From Candidatus Deferrimicrobiaceae bacterium (GTDB lineage Bacteria; Desulfobacterota; Deferrimicrobia; Deferrimicrobiales; Deferrimicrobiaceae): a stretch of 25,425 bases of DNA. Below, piece after piece: positions 6,346 through 16,094 of this stretch. Position 1 is the first letter of the stretch. Each line of letters opens with the position of its first letter. The stretch spans positions 1 to 25,425 of the forward strand of contig CAWBVY010000011.1 of NCBI GenBank assembly GCA_963792415.1, written 5' to 3'. Under the pieces are notes generated by a model. The model was not told the origin of the DNA and ran no database searches. It worked only from the letters and a program-made list of their open reading frames with translations. The position numbers and the translations under genes were made by a program.

Positions 6346-7803
6346 ATGACCGCGAAGAAGATCGTTTCGCAGATTCTCCTGGTGCTCGTCGCCGCGGCGA
6401 TCGGCGGCGCCGGCGCCTGGTACTGGATCGCGAGGGGGGGCGGACACGTGCATTCCCCGTCGGAAAAGGACGGGACCGTCGAAGCGATGAAGCAGCAGTA
6501 CACCTGCGCGATGCACCCCTTCGTCCTTTCGGACAAGCCGGGGGACTGCCCGATCTGCGGGATGGCGCTCACCCCCGTCCGGTCGGATCCGGGGCAATCG
6601 ACCGGGGCCGGCGGGGAGACGAAGGAGAAGAAGATCAAGTACTGGGTGGCCCCGATGGACCCCGACTACCGCAGCGACAAGCCCGGAAAATCCCCGATGG
6701 GGATGGACCTGGTCCCCGTCTACGAGGACGGGGGGGGCGAGGAGGGGACGATCCGCGTGGACCCGAACACGGTCCAGTCGATCGGGGTGCGGACGGCGGC
6801 GGTGACCACGGGGGAGCTCAAGAAGACGATCCGGACGGTGGGGAAGGTCGCCTACGACGAGAGCCGGATCACGTCCGTCAATTCGAAGGTCAACGGCTGG
6901 ATCGAGAAGCTTCACGCCGATACGACGGGGCAGGAAGTCCGCAAAGGACAGCCGCTGATCGACATCTACGCCCCCGACCTCGTGTCGGCGCAGCAGGAAT
7001 ACCTGATCGCCCGCGGGCACCTCGAGAAGGTGAAGGACAGCCCCTTCCCCGACGTGGTGAAGAGCGCCCGGGAGATGCTCGCCTCCGCCCGGAAGCGACT
7101 CGACTACTGGGACATCGACGACGCCCAGATCGCAACGCTGGAGCGGACCGGGCAGGTCCGGAAAACCCTCACCTTGTACTCTCCCTTCCACGGCGTGGTG
7201 GTGTCCAAGTCGGTATTCGACGGGACGAGGGTCATGACGGGGATGGAGCTCTTCCGGATCGCGGACGTCTCCCGCGTCTGGGTGCAGGCGGACGTGTACG
7301 AGTATGAACTGCCCTGGGTGAAACGGGGGACGCCGGCCACGGTCACGCTCGATTACCTCCCCGGGAAGAAGTTCCACGGAACGGTGACATACGTGTACCC
7401 CTACCTGGAAGGGAAGACGAGAACGGCCACGGCGAGGATCGAGCTGGTCAACTCCGGCATACAGCTCAAGCCCGAGATGTACGCCCACGTGGAGCTGGCT
7501 CCGCGCGTCGCGGGGAAGACGGTCCTGATCCCGTCCGACGCCGTCATCCGTTCGGGGGTGCGCAACGTCGTGTTCATCGACAAGGGGGAAGGGCGGTTCC
7601 AGCCCCGCGAGGTTTCCCTGGGGCTGGAAGGCGAGGAGGGGACGGTCCAGGTCCTTTCGGGTCTCTCGGGAGGCGAGCGGATCGTGGTGTCCGCCCAGTT
7701 CCTCCTCGACTCGGAAAGCAGCCTGAAGGAGGCCCTGAAGAAGTTCCAGGGAGGGGCGGCCGGTTCGCCTCCCGCCCCGGCGGAAGAAGGGAAGGGGCGG
7801 TAG
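6346..7803 (+). CDS. cusB: RND periplasmic adaptor (MFP), CusB family, with two N-terminal heavy-metal-binding modules
   Basis: N-terminal TM; YTCAMHP...CPICGMAL and YWVAPMDP...KSPMGMDLVP modules; GWIEKL, IYAPDLVSAQQEYL, LKPEMY, AQFLLDSES motifs. Start ATG 6346 after AAAGGA. Confidence 0.93.
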   Translation: MTAKKIVSQILLVLVAAAIGGAGAWYWIARGGGHVHSPSEKDGTVEAMKQQYTCAMHPFVLSDKPGDCPICGMALTPVRSDPGQSTGAGGETKEKKIKYWVAPMDPDYRSDKPGKSPMGMDLVPVYEDGGGEEGTIRVDPNTVQSIGVRTAAVTTGELKKTIRTVGKVAYDESRITSVNSKVNGWIEKLHADTTGQEVRKGQPLIDIYAPDLVSAQQEYLIARGHLEKVKDSPFPDVVKSAREMLASARKRLDYWDIDDAQIATLERTGQVRKTLTLYSPFHGVVVSKSVFDGTRVMTGMELFRIADVSRVWVQADVYEYELPWVKRGTPATVTLDYLPGKKFHGTVTYVYPYLEGKTRTATARIELVNSGIQLKPEMYAHVELAPRVAGKTVLIPSDAVIRSGVRNVVFIDKGEGRFQPREVSLGLEGEEGTVQVLSGLSGGERIVVSAQFLLDSESSLKEALKKFQGGAAGSPPAPAEEGKGR

Positions 7804-7806
7804 GCC

Positions 7807-10800
7807 GTGCTCGGACGAATCATCGAGGCGTCGGTCCGGAACAAGTACATCGTCATCCTCGCGACGGTTGTCCTCGCCGCGTGGGGGATCTGGGCGATGT
7901 ACCGGATCCCGCTCGACGCCATCCCGGACCTCTCCGACGTCCAGGTCATCGTGTTCACGGAATACCCCGGCCAGGGTCCCCGGATCGTGGAGGAGCAGGT
8001 CACCTACCCGCTCACCACCGCGATGCTCGCCGTTCCCAAGGCGAAGGTGGTCCGCGGCTACTCCTTCTTCGGCATTTCGTTCGTGTACATCCTCTTCGAG
8101 GACGGCACCGACATCTACTGGGCGCGGAGCCGGGTCCTCGAATACCTGAACTTCGCCTCCAAGCGGCTCCCCGCCGGTGTGACTCCCACCCTGGGGCCCG
8201 ACGCCACCGGGGTCGGGTGGGTATACGAATACGCCCTCGTCGACAGGACGGGGAAGAACGACCTCGCGAAGCTCCGGTCCCTTCAGGACTGGTTCCTCCG
8301 GTACGAGTTGACCGCGGTGGACGGGGTCTCCGAAGTCGCCTCGATCGGCGGGATGGTGAAGCAGTACCAGGTGGTCGTCCACCCCGACAGGCTCGCCGCG
8401 TACGGGATCCCGATCCAGAAAGTCCGGATGGCGATCCAGCGGAGCAACAACGACGTGGGCGGACGTCTCGTGGAGATGGGGGAGACGGAGTTCATGGTCC
8501 GGGGCCTCGGGTACATCAAGACGCTGGACGACCTGAGGAACATCCCCCTGTCGAGCGACCGGGGCACCCCGGTTCTCCTGCGCGACCTGGCCGACGTGCG
8601 CCTCGGGCCCGAGCTGCGCCGGGGGATCGCCGACCTGGACGGCGAGGGGGACGTGGCCGGCGGCGTGGTCATCATGCGCTTCGGCGAGAACGCCCTCGAC
8701 ACGATCCACAACGTGAAGGCGAAGCTCGAGGAACTCAAGGCGGGCCTCCCCGAGGGCGTGGAGATCGTCCCGACCTACGACCGGTCGAACCTCATCGAGC
8801 GGGCGATCGAGACGTTGAAGGGGAAGCTCCTGGAGGAGTCGCTGGTCGTTGCGCTGGTCTGCATCCTCTTCCTGCTCCACTTCCGGAGCGCCTTCGTGGC
8901 GATCCTGACGCTGCCGCTGGCGGTCCTCATGGCCTTCATCGTCATGTACTACCAGGGGCTCAACGCGAACATCATGTCGTTGAGCGGGATCGCGATCGCC
9001 ATCGGCGCCATGGTGGACGCGGCGATCATCATGATCGAGAACATGCACAAGCACATGGAGCACAACGGCGGGGAACGGAGCCACTGGGACCTCGTGGTCG
9101 ACGCGTCGCGCGAGGTGGGGCCCACCCTCTTCTACTCCCTCCTCGTGATCACGGTCTCCTTCCTGCCGGTGTTCACCCTGGAGGCCCAGGAGGGACGGCT
9201 CTTCAAGCCCCTCGCCTTCACCAAGACCTACTCCATGGCCGCGGCGGCGCTGCTCTCGATCACGATCGTCCCCATCTGGATGGGCTTCTTCATCCGGGGG
9301 AAGATCCGGCCGGAGGAGAGGAACCCGGTCAACCGGTTCCTGATCCGCGTCTACCATCCCGTGCTCGAGTGGGCGCTGAAGTACAAGAAAAGCGTCCTGA
9401 TCGGGGCGGTCGCGGTGGTCGCGGTCACGGCGTACCCGGTGCTGAAGATCGGCACGGAGTTCATGCCCCCCCTGTACGAGGGGGACCTGCTCTACATGCC
9501 GACCACCCTTCCGGGGATCTCGATCACGAAGGCGAAGGAACTGCTCCAGCAGACCGACCGGATCATCCGGACCTTCCCCGAGGTGGAACGTGTCTTCGGG
9601 AAGATCGGGCGGGCGGAGACGGCCACCGATCCGGCGCCCCTGAGCATGCTCGAGACGACGATCACCCTCAAGCCGGAGAAGGAGTGGCGGAAGGGGATGA
9701 CCCACGAGAAGCTCGTGGAGGAGTTGAACGCGGCGATCCGGTTTCCCGGGGTGACCAACGCCTGGACGATGCCGATCAAGACCCGCATCGACATGCTCGC
9801 CACCGGGATCAAGACGCCGGTGGGGATCAAGATCATGGGGGACGACCTCGACACCCTCGCGAGCCTCGGGGAACAGGTCGAGGCCGTGGTCTCCAAGGTG
9901 CCCGGCACCCTGTCGGCCTACTCCGAGCGGATCACGGGCGGGAACTACTTCGATTACAACATCCGCCGCGAGGAGGCGGCGCGGTACGGCCTCACCGTCG
10001 GCGACGTCCAGGACGTGATCATGTCCGCCCTGGGGGGGATGAACGTGACGACCACCGTGGAGGGGCTGGAACGGTATCCCGTGAACGTCCGCTACCCCGA
10101 GGAGCTCCGCGACAATCCCGAGTCGATGCGGCGCATCCTCGTACCGACCCCCGGTGGAGCCCAGGTTCCGCTGGGGCAGCTGGCGGACATCTCGATCCAC
10201 AAGGGGCCCGCGAGCATCAAGAGCGAGAACGCCCGCAGGACGGTCTGGATCTACGTCGACATCCGCGGAATCGACCTGGGGACCTACGTCAAGAACGCCC
10301 GGGAAGCGGTCCGGAAGAACATCAAGCTCCCCGCCGGCTACAGCCTGGTGTGGAGCGGGCAGTTCGAGTACATGGAGCGGGCGAGCAAACGCCTGATGGT
10401 CGTCATCCCGCTCACGCTCCTCATCGTCTTCCTGATCATCTACATGAACACGAAGTCGCTGGTCAAGACGGCGATCGTGCTCCTCGCGGTCCCCTTCTCC
10501 CTCGTGGGAGCCTTCTGGTTCATCTACCTTCTCGGCTTCAACCTGTCCGTCGCCGTCTGGGTCGGGATCATCGCCCTCGCGGGGCTCGACGCCGAGACGG
10601 GCGTGGTGATGCTCCTGTACCTCGAGGTGGCCTACGAGAAGATGAAGCGGGAAAAACTCATGAATACGATGGGGGACCTGAAGGAGGCGATCATCGACGG
10701 GGCGGTGAAGCGGATCCGCCCGAAGGTGATGACGGCCTCGGTCATCATCGCCGGACTCATCCCCATCATGTGGAGCACGGGGACCGGATCCGACGTGATG

Positions 10801-10968
10801 AAGCGGATCGCCGCGCCGATGGTGGGAGGCGTGGTCACCTCCGTCCTCATGGAGCTCCTCGTCTACCCCGTGATCTACGAGTTCCTGAAGCAGAAAGGTC
10901 TGGACCGTTCCGAGAAAAGAACTTCGCCCGATGCGTTGCCCGCCCCCCCGACGGGGGAAACCGGGTAG
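7807..10968 (+). CDS. cusA: Heavy-metal efflux RND permease, CusA/SilA (Cu(I)/Ag(I)) type
   Basis: 1053 aa; DAIPDLSDVQVI, TM4 GIAIAIGAMVDAAIIMIEN, and Met-triad contexts DLLYMP / PLSMLET / RIDMLATG corresponding to E. coli CusA M573/M623/M672. Confidence 0.97.
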   Translation: MLGRIIEASVRNKYIVILATVVLAAWGIWAMYRIPLDAIPDLSDVQVIVFTEYPGQGPRIVEEQVTYPLTTAMLAVPKAKVVRGYSFFGISFVYILFEDGTDIYWARSRVLEYLNFASKRLPAGVTPTLGPDATGVGWVYEYALVDRTGKNDLAKLRSLQDWFLRYELTAVDGVSEVASIGGMVKQYQVVVHPDRLAAYGIPIQKVRMAIQRSNNDVGGRLVEMGETEFMVRGLGYIKTLDDLRNIPLSSDRGTPVLLRDLADVRLGPELRRGIADLDGEGDVAGGVVIMRFGENALDTIHNVKAKLEELKAGLPEGVEIVPTYDRSNLIERAIETLKGKLLEESLVVALVCILFLLHFRSAFVAILTLPLAVLMAFIVMYYQGLNANIMSLSGIAIAIGAMVDAAIIMIENMHKHMEHNGGERSHWDLVVDASREVGPTLFYSLLVITVSFLPVFTLEAQEGRLFKPLAFTKTYSMAAAALLSITIVPIWMGFFIRGKIRPEERNPVNRFLIRVYHPVLEWALKYKKSVLIGAVAVVAVTAYPVLKIGTEFMPPLYEGDLLYMPTTLPGISITKAKELLQQTDRIIRTFPEVERVFGKIGRAETATDPAPLSMLETTITLKPEKEWRKGMTHEKLVEELNAAIRFPGVTNAWTMPIKTRIDMLATGIKTPVGIKIMGDDLDTLASLGEQVEAVVSKVPGTLSAYSERITGGNYFDYNIRREEAARYGLTVGDVQDVIMSALGGMNVTTTVEGLERYPVNVRYPEELRDNPESMRRILVPTPGGAQVPLGQLADISIHKGPASIKSENARRTVWIYVDIRGIDLGTYVKNAREAVRKNIKLPAGYSLVWSGQFEYMERASKRLMVVIPLTLLIVFLIIYMNTKSLVKTAIVLLAVPFSLVGAFWFIYLLGFNLSVAVWVGIIALAGLDAETGVVMLLYLEVAYEKMKREKLMNTMGDLKEAIIDGAVKRIRPKVMTASVIIAGLIPIMWSTGTGSDVMKRIAAPMVGGVVTSVLMELLVYPVIYEFLKQKGLDRSEKRTSPDALPAPPTGETG

Positions 10969-11066
10969 AGGAAACGCGATCCCGGGGGGAAAGGAACCGG
11001 AAGTGTCGTGCCGGCGCGGAAACACCCGCGGCCGGAAATAACCTGCGAAACAAGGAGGCATGGAAA

Positions 11067-11615
11067 ATGAAGACGAAGCATTTCGTGGTTTGGATGGTGG
11101 TCCTTTCGTTCGTGGCGATGTCGTCGCTCGCCCTGGCCGAAGACAAGGGGCAAGGCGGGATGCCCGGGATGAAGATGGAAGGACACGGCGACATGAAGAT
11201 GGAAGGACACGGCGACATGCCCGCGAAGTCGGGCGGGCACAACATGGATATGGGGGAGAAGATCTTCTCCGGGAAGGTGGGTCCCTGGACGGCGGAGGCT
11301 CGCCTGGTCGACATGAAGGCGCAGATGGAGAAGTCCGGCGTGTCGGCCAAGAACTCCGCCAAGTTCGCCGGCCAGCGCCACCTGATGCTGTTCCTCACCG
11401 ATCCGGCGACCAAGAAGGCCGTCACCGCAACGGCGGGGAAGGTCGTCGTCACGGGCCCCGACAAGGCGTCCTCCTCGAAGGCCACGCTTGTCGTGATGGG
11501 GGCGCACATCGGCGCGGACGTCGCCATGCCGACCCCCGGGAAGTACACGTTCCAGGCGGAGATCGAATCCGCCGGCAAGAAGGGGAGCGCCACGTTCTCC
11601 TACGTGCTGAAATAA
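11067..11615 (+). CDS. Periplasmic Met/His-rich putative metal-binding protein with beta-rich C-terminal domain
   Basis: SD AAGGAGG 11052-11058, ATG 11067. Signal peptide ending SLALA, then GGMPGMKMEGHGDMKMEGHGDM...GHNMDM; C-terminal HLMLF...MGAHIGADV...PGKYTF. 182 aa; it is the real 3' end of ORF-track entry 7881..11615. Confidence 0.88.
   Translation: MKTKHFVVWMVVLSFVAMSSLALAEDKGQGGMPGMKMEGHGDMKMEGHGDMPAKSGGHNMDMGEKIFSGKVGPWTAEARLVDMKAQMEKSGVSAKNSAKFAGQRHLMLFLTDPATKKAVTATAGKVVVTGPDKASSSKATLVVMGAHIGADVAMPTPGKYTFQAEIESAGKKGSATFSYVLK
11169..11216 (+). repeat. 24-bp tandem repeat x2 encoding MKMEGHGD
   Basis: ATGAAGATGGAAGGACACGGCGAC at 11169-11192 and 11193-11216. Confidence 0.92.
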
Positions 11616-11623
11616 GCGGGGCG

Positions 11624-11662
11624 GGACGGGGTCGCCCGGTGGTACCACCGGGGGCCCCGTCC
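11624..11662 (+). terminator. Long GC-rich inverted repeat after the metal operon (terminator or RNA-stabilising hairpin)
   Basis: GGACGGGGTCGCCCGGTGG-TA-CCACCGGGGGCCCCGTCC, near-perfect with one bulge and one G-T pair; no clear U-tract. Confidence 0.5.
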
Positions 11663-11707
11663 GTTGCATAATCAAGGCGTGGGAAATCGAACCGGAGGTG
11701 CCCTGCA

Positions 11708-11911
11708 ATGCCTTTCGTGAACATCAAGATCACCCGGGACGGCGTGACGCCGGAGAAGAAGGCCGAAGTCATCCGCGGGGTGACGAAGCTGCTGGTGGAC
11801 GTGCTGGGGAAGAACCCCGCGACCACGATGGTCCTGATCGAGGAGGTCGAGACCGACAACTGGGGAGTTGGCGGGGAGACGGTCACCGCGCGCAGAAAAC
11901 AGGGGAAGTGA
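11708..11911 (+). CDS. 4-oxalocrotonate tautomerase family protein
   Basis: 67 aa, catalytic Pro after the initiator Met (MPFVNIKI), EKKAEVIRGVT...VLIEEV...NWGVGG; SD GGAGGTG. Confidence 0.93.
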   Translation: MPFVNIKITRDGVTPEKKAEVIRGVTKLLVDVLGKNPATTMVLIEEVETDNWGVGGETVTARRKQGK

Positions 11912-11953
11912 GCGGGCCGCCGGCCGGGGCGCGACAACCGTTCCGCCGGCGGG

Positions 11954-11986
11954 AAAAAGGCCGGGCGGCATCCCGTCCGCCCGGCC
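11954..11986 (-). terminator. Intrinsic terminator of the fumarase gene
   Basis: 10-bp stem GGCCGGGCGG (11959-11968) / CCGCCCGGCC (11977-11986) with AAAAA at 11954-11958, a U-tract on the minus strand. Confidence 0.75.
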
Positions 11987-12016
11987 CCGTCCTCTCGTCT
12001 TCCGCGAGCCGGGCGG

Positions 12017-13639
12017 TCAGCCCGAGCAGGCGATCTGCTGGAAGAAGTCGTTCCCCTTGTCGTCGACCAGGATGAACGCCGGGAACTCCTCGACCTCGAT
12101 CTTCCAGATCGCCTCCATCCCGAGCTCCGGGTATTCCAGCACCTCGACCTTCCGGATGTTCTCCTGCGCGAGCAGCGCCGCGGGGCCGCCGATCGACCCG
12201 AGGTAGAAGCCTCCGTGCTTCTTGCACGCGTCGGTCACCGCCTTGCTCCGGTTCCCCTTCGCGATCATCACCATCGACCCGCCGTGGGACTGGAGCAGGT
12301 CGACGTAGGAGTCCATCCTCCCCGCGGTGGTGGGGCCGAAGGAGCCCGACGGCATCCCCTTGGGGGTCTTCGCCGGGCCGGCGTAGTAGATCGGGTGGTC
12401 CTTCAGGTACTGCGGCAGCCCCTTCCCCTGGTCGATCCGCTCCTTCAGCTTCGCGTGGGCGATGTCGCGGCCGACGATGATCGTCCCGGTGAGGGAGAGC
12501 TGCGTGGTGACCGGGTACTTCGACAGCTCCGCGAGGATCTCCTTCATCGGCCGGTTCAGGTCCACCTTCACGACGCCGTGCTCGTGCTTCCCGCGGTACT
12601 TCGCCGGGATCAGGCGGCCCGGGTTCCGGTCGAGCTCCTCGAGCCAGATCCCGTCCCTGGTGATCTTCGCCTTCACGTTCCGGTCGGCCGAGCAGGAGAC
12701 GCCCATCGCGACCGGGCACGACGCGCCGTGGCGCGGCAGCCGGACGACCCGCACGTCGTGCGCGAAATATTTCCCGCCGAACTGCGCCCCGTAGCCGGAC
12801 TTCCGCGCGGCGACGAAGAGCTTCTCCTCCATCGCGTGGTCCCGGAACGCCTGGCCCCCCTTGTTCCCCATCGTCGGCAGGTGATCGAGGTAGCCGGTGG
12901 AGGCGAGCTTGACGGTTTTCAGGGCCGCCTCGGCCGACGTCCCCCCGACGACGAACGCGAGGTGGTACGGCGGGCACGCCGCGGTCCCGAGCGTCTTCAT
13001 CTTCTCGACGAGGAACTTCTCGAGGGTGCCGGGGGTGAGGAGCGCCTTGGTCTCCTGGAAGAGGTACGTCTTGTTCGCGGACCCGCCCCCCTTCGCGACG
13101 AAGAGGAACTTGTACTCCATCCCTTCGGTCGCGTAGAGGTCGATCTGTGCGGGGAGATTCGTCCCCGAGTTGACTTCCTCGTACATGTCGAGGGGGACCG
13201 TCTGGGAGTACCGGAGGTTCTCCTCCGTGTACGTCTTGTGGACGCCCTTGGAGAGGTACTCCTCGTCGCGGGCGCCGGTCCACACCTGCTGCCCCTTCTT
13301 CCCGACGATCGTCGCGGTCCCCGTGTCCTGGCAGAACGGGAGGACGAAGTTGGCGGACACCTCGGCGTTCCGCAGCATCGCGACCGCCACCCCGCGGTCG
13401 TTGGGGGACGCCTCGGGGTCGGCCAGGATCGCGGCGACCTTCTCGTTGTGGGAGGGGCGCAGGAGGAAGGAGACGTCGCGCATCGCCTGGTTCGCGAGGA
13501 ACGCGAGCCCCTCCGGGTCGACCTTCAGGATCTCCTTCCCGTCGAACTTCGCCACCGATACGTGCTCTTTCGTCAGGAGGCGGTAGTTGGCGTCGTCCTT
13601 CCCCAGCGGAAACGGGTCCTGGTAGGAAAATTCCGGCAT
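12017..13639 (-). CDS. fumA: Class I (Fe-S) fumarate hydratase, FumA/FumB type
   Basis: 540 aa; [57 protein letters not shown]; SD AAGGAG. Confidence 0.96.
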   Translation of the reverse strand: MPEFSYQDPFPLGKDDANYRLLTKEHVSVAKFDGKEILKVDPEGLAFLANQAMRDVSFLLRPSHNEKVAAILADPEASPNDRGVAVAMLRNAEVSANFVLPFCQDTGTATIVGKKGQQVWTGARDEEYLSKGVHKTYTEENLRYSQTVPLDMYEEVNSGTNLPAQIDLYATEGMEYKFLFVAKGGGSANKTYLFQETKALLTPGTLEKFLVEKMKTLGTAACPPYHLAFVVGGTSAEAALKTVKLASTGYLDHLPTMGNKGGQAFRDHAMEEKLFVAARKSGYGAQFGGKYFAHDVRVVRLPRHGASCPVAMGVSCSADRNVKAKITRDGIWLEELDRNPGRLIPAKYRGKHEHGVVKVDLNRPMKEILAELSKYPVTTQLSLTGTIIVGRDIAHAKLKERIDQGKGLPQYLKDHPIYYAGPAKTPKGMPSGSFGPTTAGRMDSYVDLLQSHGGSMVMIAKGNRSKAVTDACKKHGGFYLGSIGGPAALLAQENIRKVEVLEYPELGMEAIWKIEVEEFPAFILVDDKGNDFFQQIACSG

Positions 13640-13745
13640 CGGGCGGCTCCTTCCGAAGGTGGGATCAGGGGGGCGGGAAACACCCAGAAGATAGTCCCGC
13701 GGGGACGAAACGTCAAGGAGGGCGCGCGCCCGTGTCGCGGGCCCG

Positions 13746-15553
13746 CTACCAGCTCCCCCCGCCTCCCCCTCCGCCCCCGCCGCCGGATCCTCCCCCTCCC
13801 GAAAACCCGCTCCCGCCGCTGCGGGGAGACGACTGCATCGCCGCTGCCATGGAGGAGAGGGCGGTGTCCAGCGAGTGGTGGAAGGCGGCCGGCCGGAACG
13901 TGTCGAACCCGCCGCGGGAGACGTACCAGCGGGGCGGCTCCTGCTGGATCCCCTCGAACGCCTTCGCCCACCGCTCGGAGACCCCGAGCGCGATCGCGTA
14001 CGGGAGGCACCTCTCGAACAGGTTGGCGTCCTTCATCCGCTCCAGCCGGTCCGTCTCCGTCCTGGAGAGGAACTCCTCGAACCCCAGGATCTCCCGCAGC
14101 TTCCTCACCCCCTTCACGGTCTTGACCGGCATGAAGGGGGCGAACAGGAACACGATGGCCCCGCAGAGGACGGCGGCGACGACGGGGGAGGTGCCCCCCG
14201 CCAGGCCGATCTTCGAGGCGAGCAGCGCGAGGCCGCCGCCCGCGAAGGCGATGAGGAACCCCTTGATCCGGTACTTCTCCTTGACGGCCAGCGGGTTCGC
14301 CCCGAAGAGCTTCATCCCTTCCAGTTCCCCGAACGCGGACTTCTTCAGACCCACGACGTGCCGGAAGAAGTCCTGCTTGAGGTCGGAGACGCTCACCTCG
14401 TCCCCGTGCCCCTGGAAAAGCGTTTCCAGCAGCCGCAGCTCGAAGGGAGGAAGCGCCGCGCGGGCCCCCTTCGCCTTCCGCAGGACGTAGTCGGTCCTGT
14501 CGAACAGGAGGCCCGGGGTCACCCTCTCCTCGATCGTGATCTGCCCCTTCACGGCGAGGTTGACCACGGACGCCGTGATGTCCCTGGGGTCGAGCCGCTC
14601 GTCGAGGAGCACCCCCATCTCCGCGGGCAGGAGGGGGCGGCCGTTCTCCTCCGGCGGACCGTACGCGACGACCCGCGGGCCGCCCGCGGACGGGTCCCTC
14701 CCTTCCCGGTACCAGCGGACCAGCATGAAGGCGAGCGTGAGCAGGGGGGCCAGGAAGACCCAGTTCTCGGAGAGGTTCAGCCGGAAGGCGCGGGTCTTCC
14801 AGGGGGAAGGCGGCCGGACGACCCCCTTTCCCACCCGAGGACGACGGTCATCCCTTCCCGGGGCCCGAACGCGCGGGTCGAAGCGAAGGTCGCCCCGTTC
14901 GGGAAGGGGGAAGCCGTGCACGCCTGCTCGCGGGAGCCCCGGGGACCGGTGTAGCAGCGGGTGCGCAGCTCCAGGGAGCGGTTCCCGGCCGCGACGGCGA
15001 GGTAGACGTGGGCCGAAGCCGACACGATCGGGACGTCCCAGCCGTTCCCCGTGAGGTTCCAGTAGAGCTCGTCGTGGTCCGGGAAGAAGAGAATCGCATT
15101 CTCCACCGAGTAGTCGATGACGTACACCTGCCGCCCCTCGACGAACCTGCCGGGATCGCCGATCCGGACCCTCACGAACCCCCCGCTCCGTTCCACCTTG
15201 TGTTTCAACGGGTTGCCCGCCGCGTCCCGCACCGAGACCCCCCGGACCGGCGTGTAGGACGTCTTCCCGAGTTCGTCGGTGTACCGGAACGGGATGTCCC
15301 GGTACAGTCCGTGGCGCTGCCGGTGGAAGACCGTGTCGATCGTCTCGGTGATCCGGAGGGAGGCGTCGTCCCGGACCTCGATGTCGGACCGGAACGACGT
15401 GATCGAAAAATCCTCCGCCCGGGACGGCGCGGGAAGGAGGAGGAGCAGCAGCGACAGGAGGACCGGCAGGAGGAGCGGGGAAGTCCGCGCGCGGGCGGAC
15501 GCCTCCCGCCCCGCGGACGGGCAGGTGCCGCCGGCCTCACGACATGCGGGCAT
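13746..15553 (-). CDS. DUF2207-family membrane protein (YciQ-like), split by one frameshift near 14827-14832
   Basis: The N-half (ORF 14777..15556) has a signal peptide, [16 protein letters not shown] and CYTGPRGS. The C-half (13746..14921) has TMs, [13 protein letters not shown] and the [24 protein letters not shown] tail. Adding one base at ...GGG TGG GA(N) AAG GGG GTC joins them. Start position uncertain. Confidence 0.85.
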
Positions 15554-16094
15554 CAACCCTCTCGCGCTCCGCCGGGGAGTCGAGCCGGAAGTACTCCGCC
15601 CCCCGGAAGCCGAACAGGGGGGCGACCAGGTTGGAGGGGAACGTCTCCGTCGCGGTGTTGTAGTCCCGGACGACGGCGTTGTAGTACCGGCGGGCGTACT
15701 CGATGCCGTTCTCGATCTCGACGAACTGCTTCTGGAGGAGGAGGTACCCTTCGCTGGCCTTGAGCGCCGGGTACCGTTCCGCCACGGCGAACAGGGAGGA
15801 AACCCGTTCCCCGAGGACGGCCTCTTCCTTCCCCCGGTCGGCCGGCCCCGCGGCCCGGACCGCCCGGGCGCGGGCCTCGGTGACCCCCAGCAGGGTGGCC
15901 TGTTCGTATCCCGCGTACCCCTTCACGGTCTCGACCAGGTTTTCCACAAGGTCGTGCCGCTTCTTCAGGAGGACGTCGATGTCCGACCAGGAGGAGTGGG
16001 AAAGGTTCCGGAGCCGCACCAGCCGGTTGTAGAGCCAGGCCAGGAGGCCGGAGAGCGAGGCGAGTACCGCTGCCGCGATCAGCGTGCCGTTCAC
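15537..16094 (-). CDS. lemA: LemA family protein
   Basis: N-terminal TM, YNRLVRLRN...WSDIDVLLKKRHDLVENLVETVKGYA, ERYPALKAS, ARRYYNAVVRDYN, FPSNLVA. Confidence 0.95.
   Translation of the reverse strand: MNGTLIAAAVLASLSGLLAWLYNRLVRLRNLSHSSWSDIDVLLKKRHDLVENLVETVKGYAGYEQATLLGVTEARARAVRAAGPADRGKEEAVLGERVSSLFAVAERYPALKASEGYLLLQKQFVEIENGIEYARRYYNAVVRDYNTATETFPSNLVAPLFGFRGAEYFRLDSPAERERVDARMS

Noticed and set aside
6076-11061. 1661-aa antisense ORF, plus other long antisense ORFs (2986..4572, 12215..14125, 21486..23396, 22966..24633)
   Set aside because: Shadows of real genes in high-GC DNA: they mirror the sense genes, have low-complexity composition and contain no family motifs.
7881-11066. Apparent 1244-aa ORF overlapping cusA and fused to the Met/His protein
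   Set aside because: The upstream part is Arg/Gly/Pro-rich off-frame translation; the real gene has its own SD and signal peptide at 11067.
11650-11670. Third sigma54 promoter before the tautomerase gene (GGGGGCCCCGTCCGTTGCA)
   Set aside because: GG-to-GC spacing is 11 rather than 10, there is no TGGCAC, and it overlaps a hairpin arm.
13746-13800. C-rich low-complexity tract as a repeat element
   Set aside because: It encodes the normal Gly-rich C-terminus of DUF2207 proteins on the minus strand.
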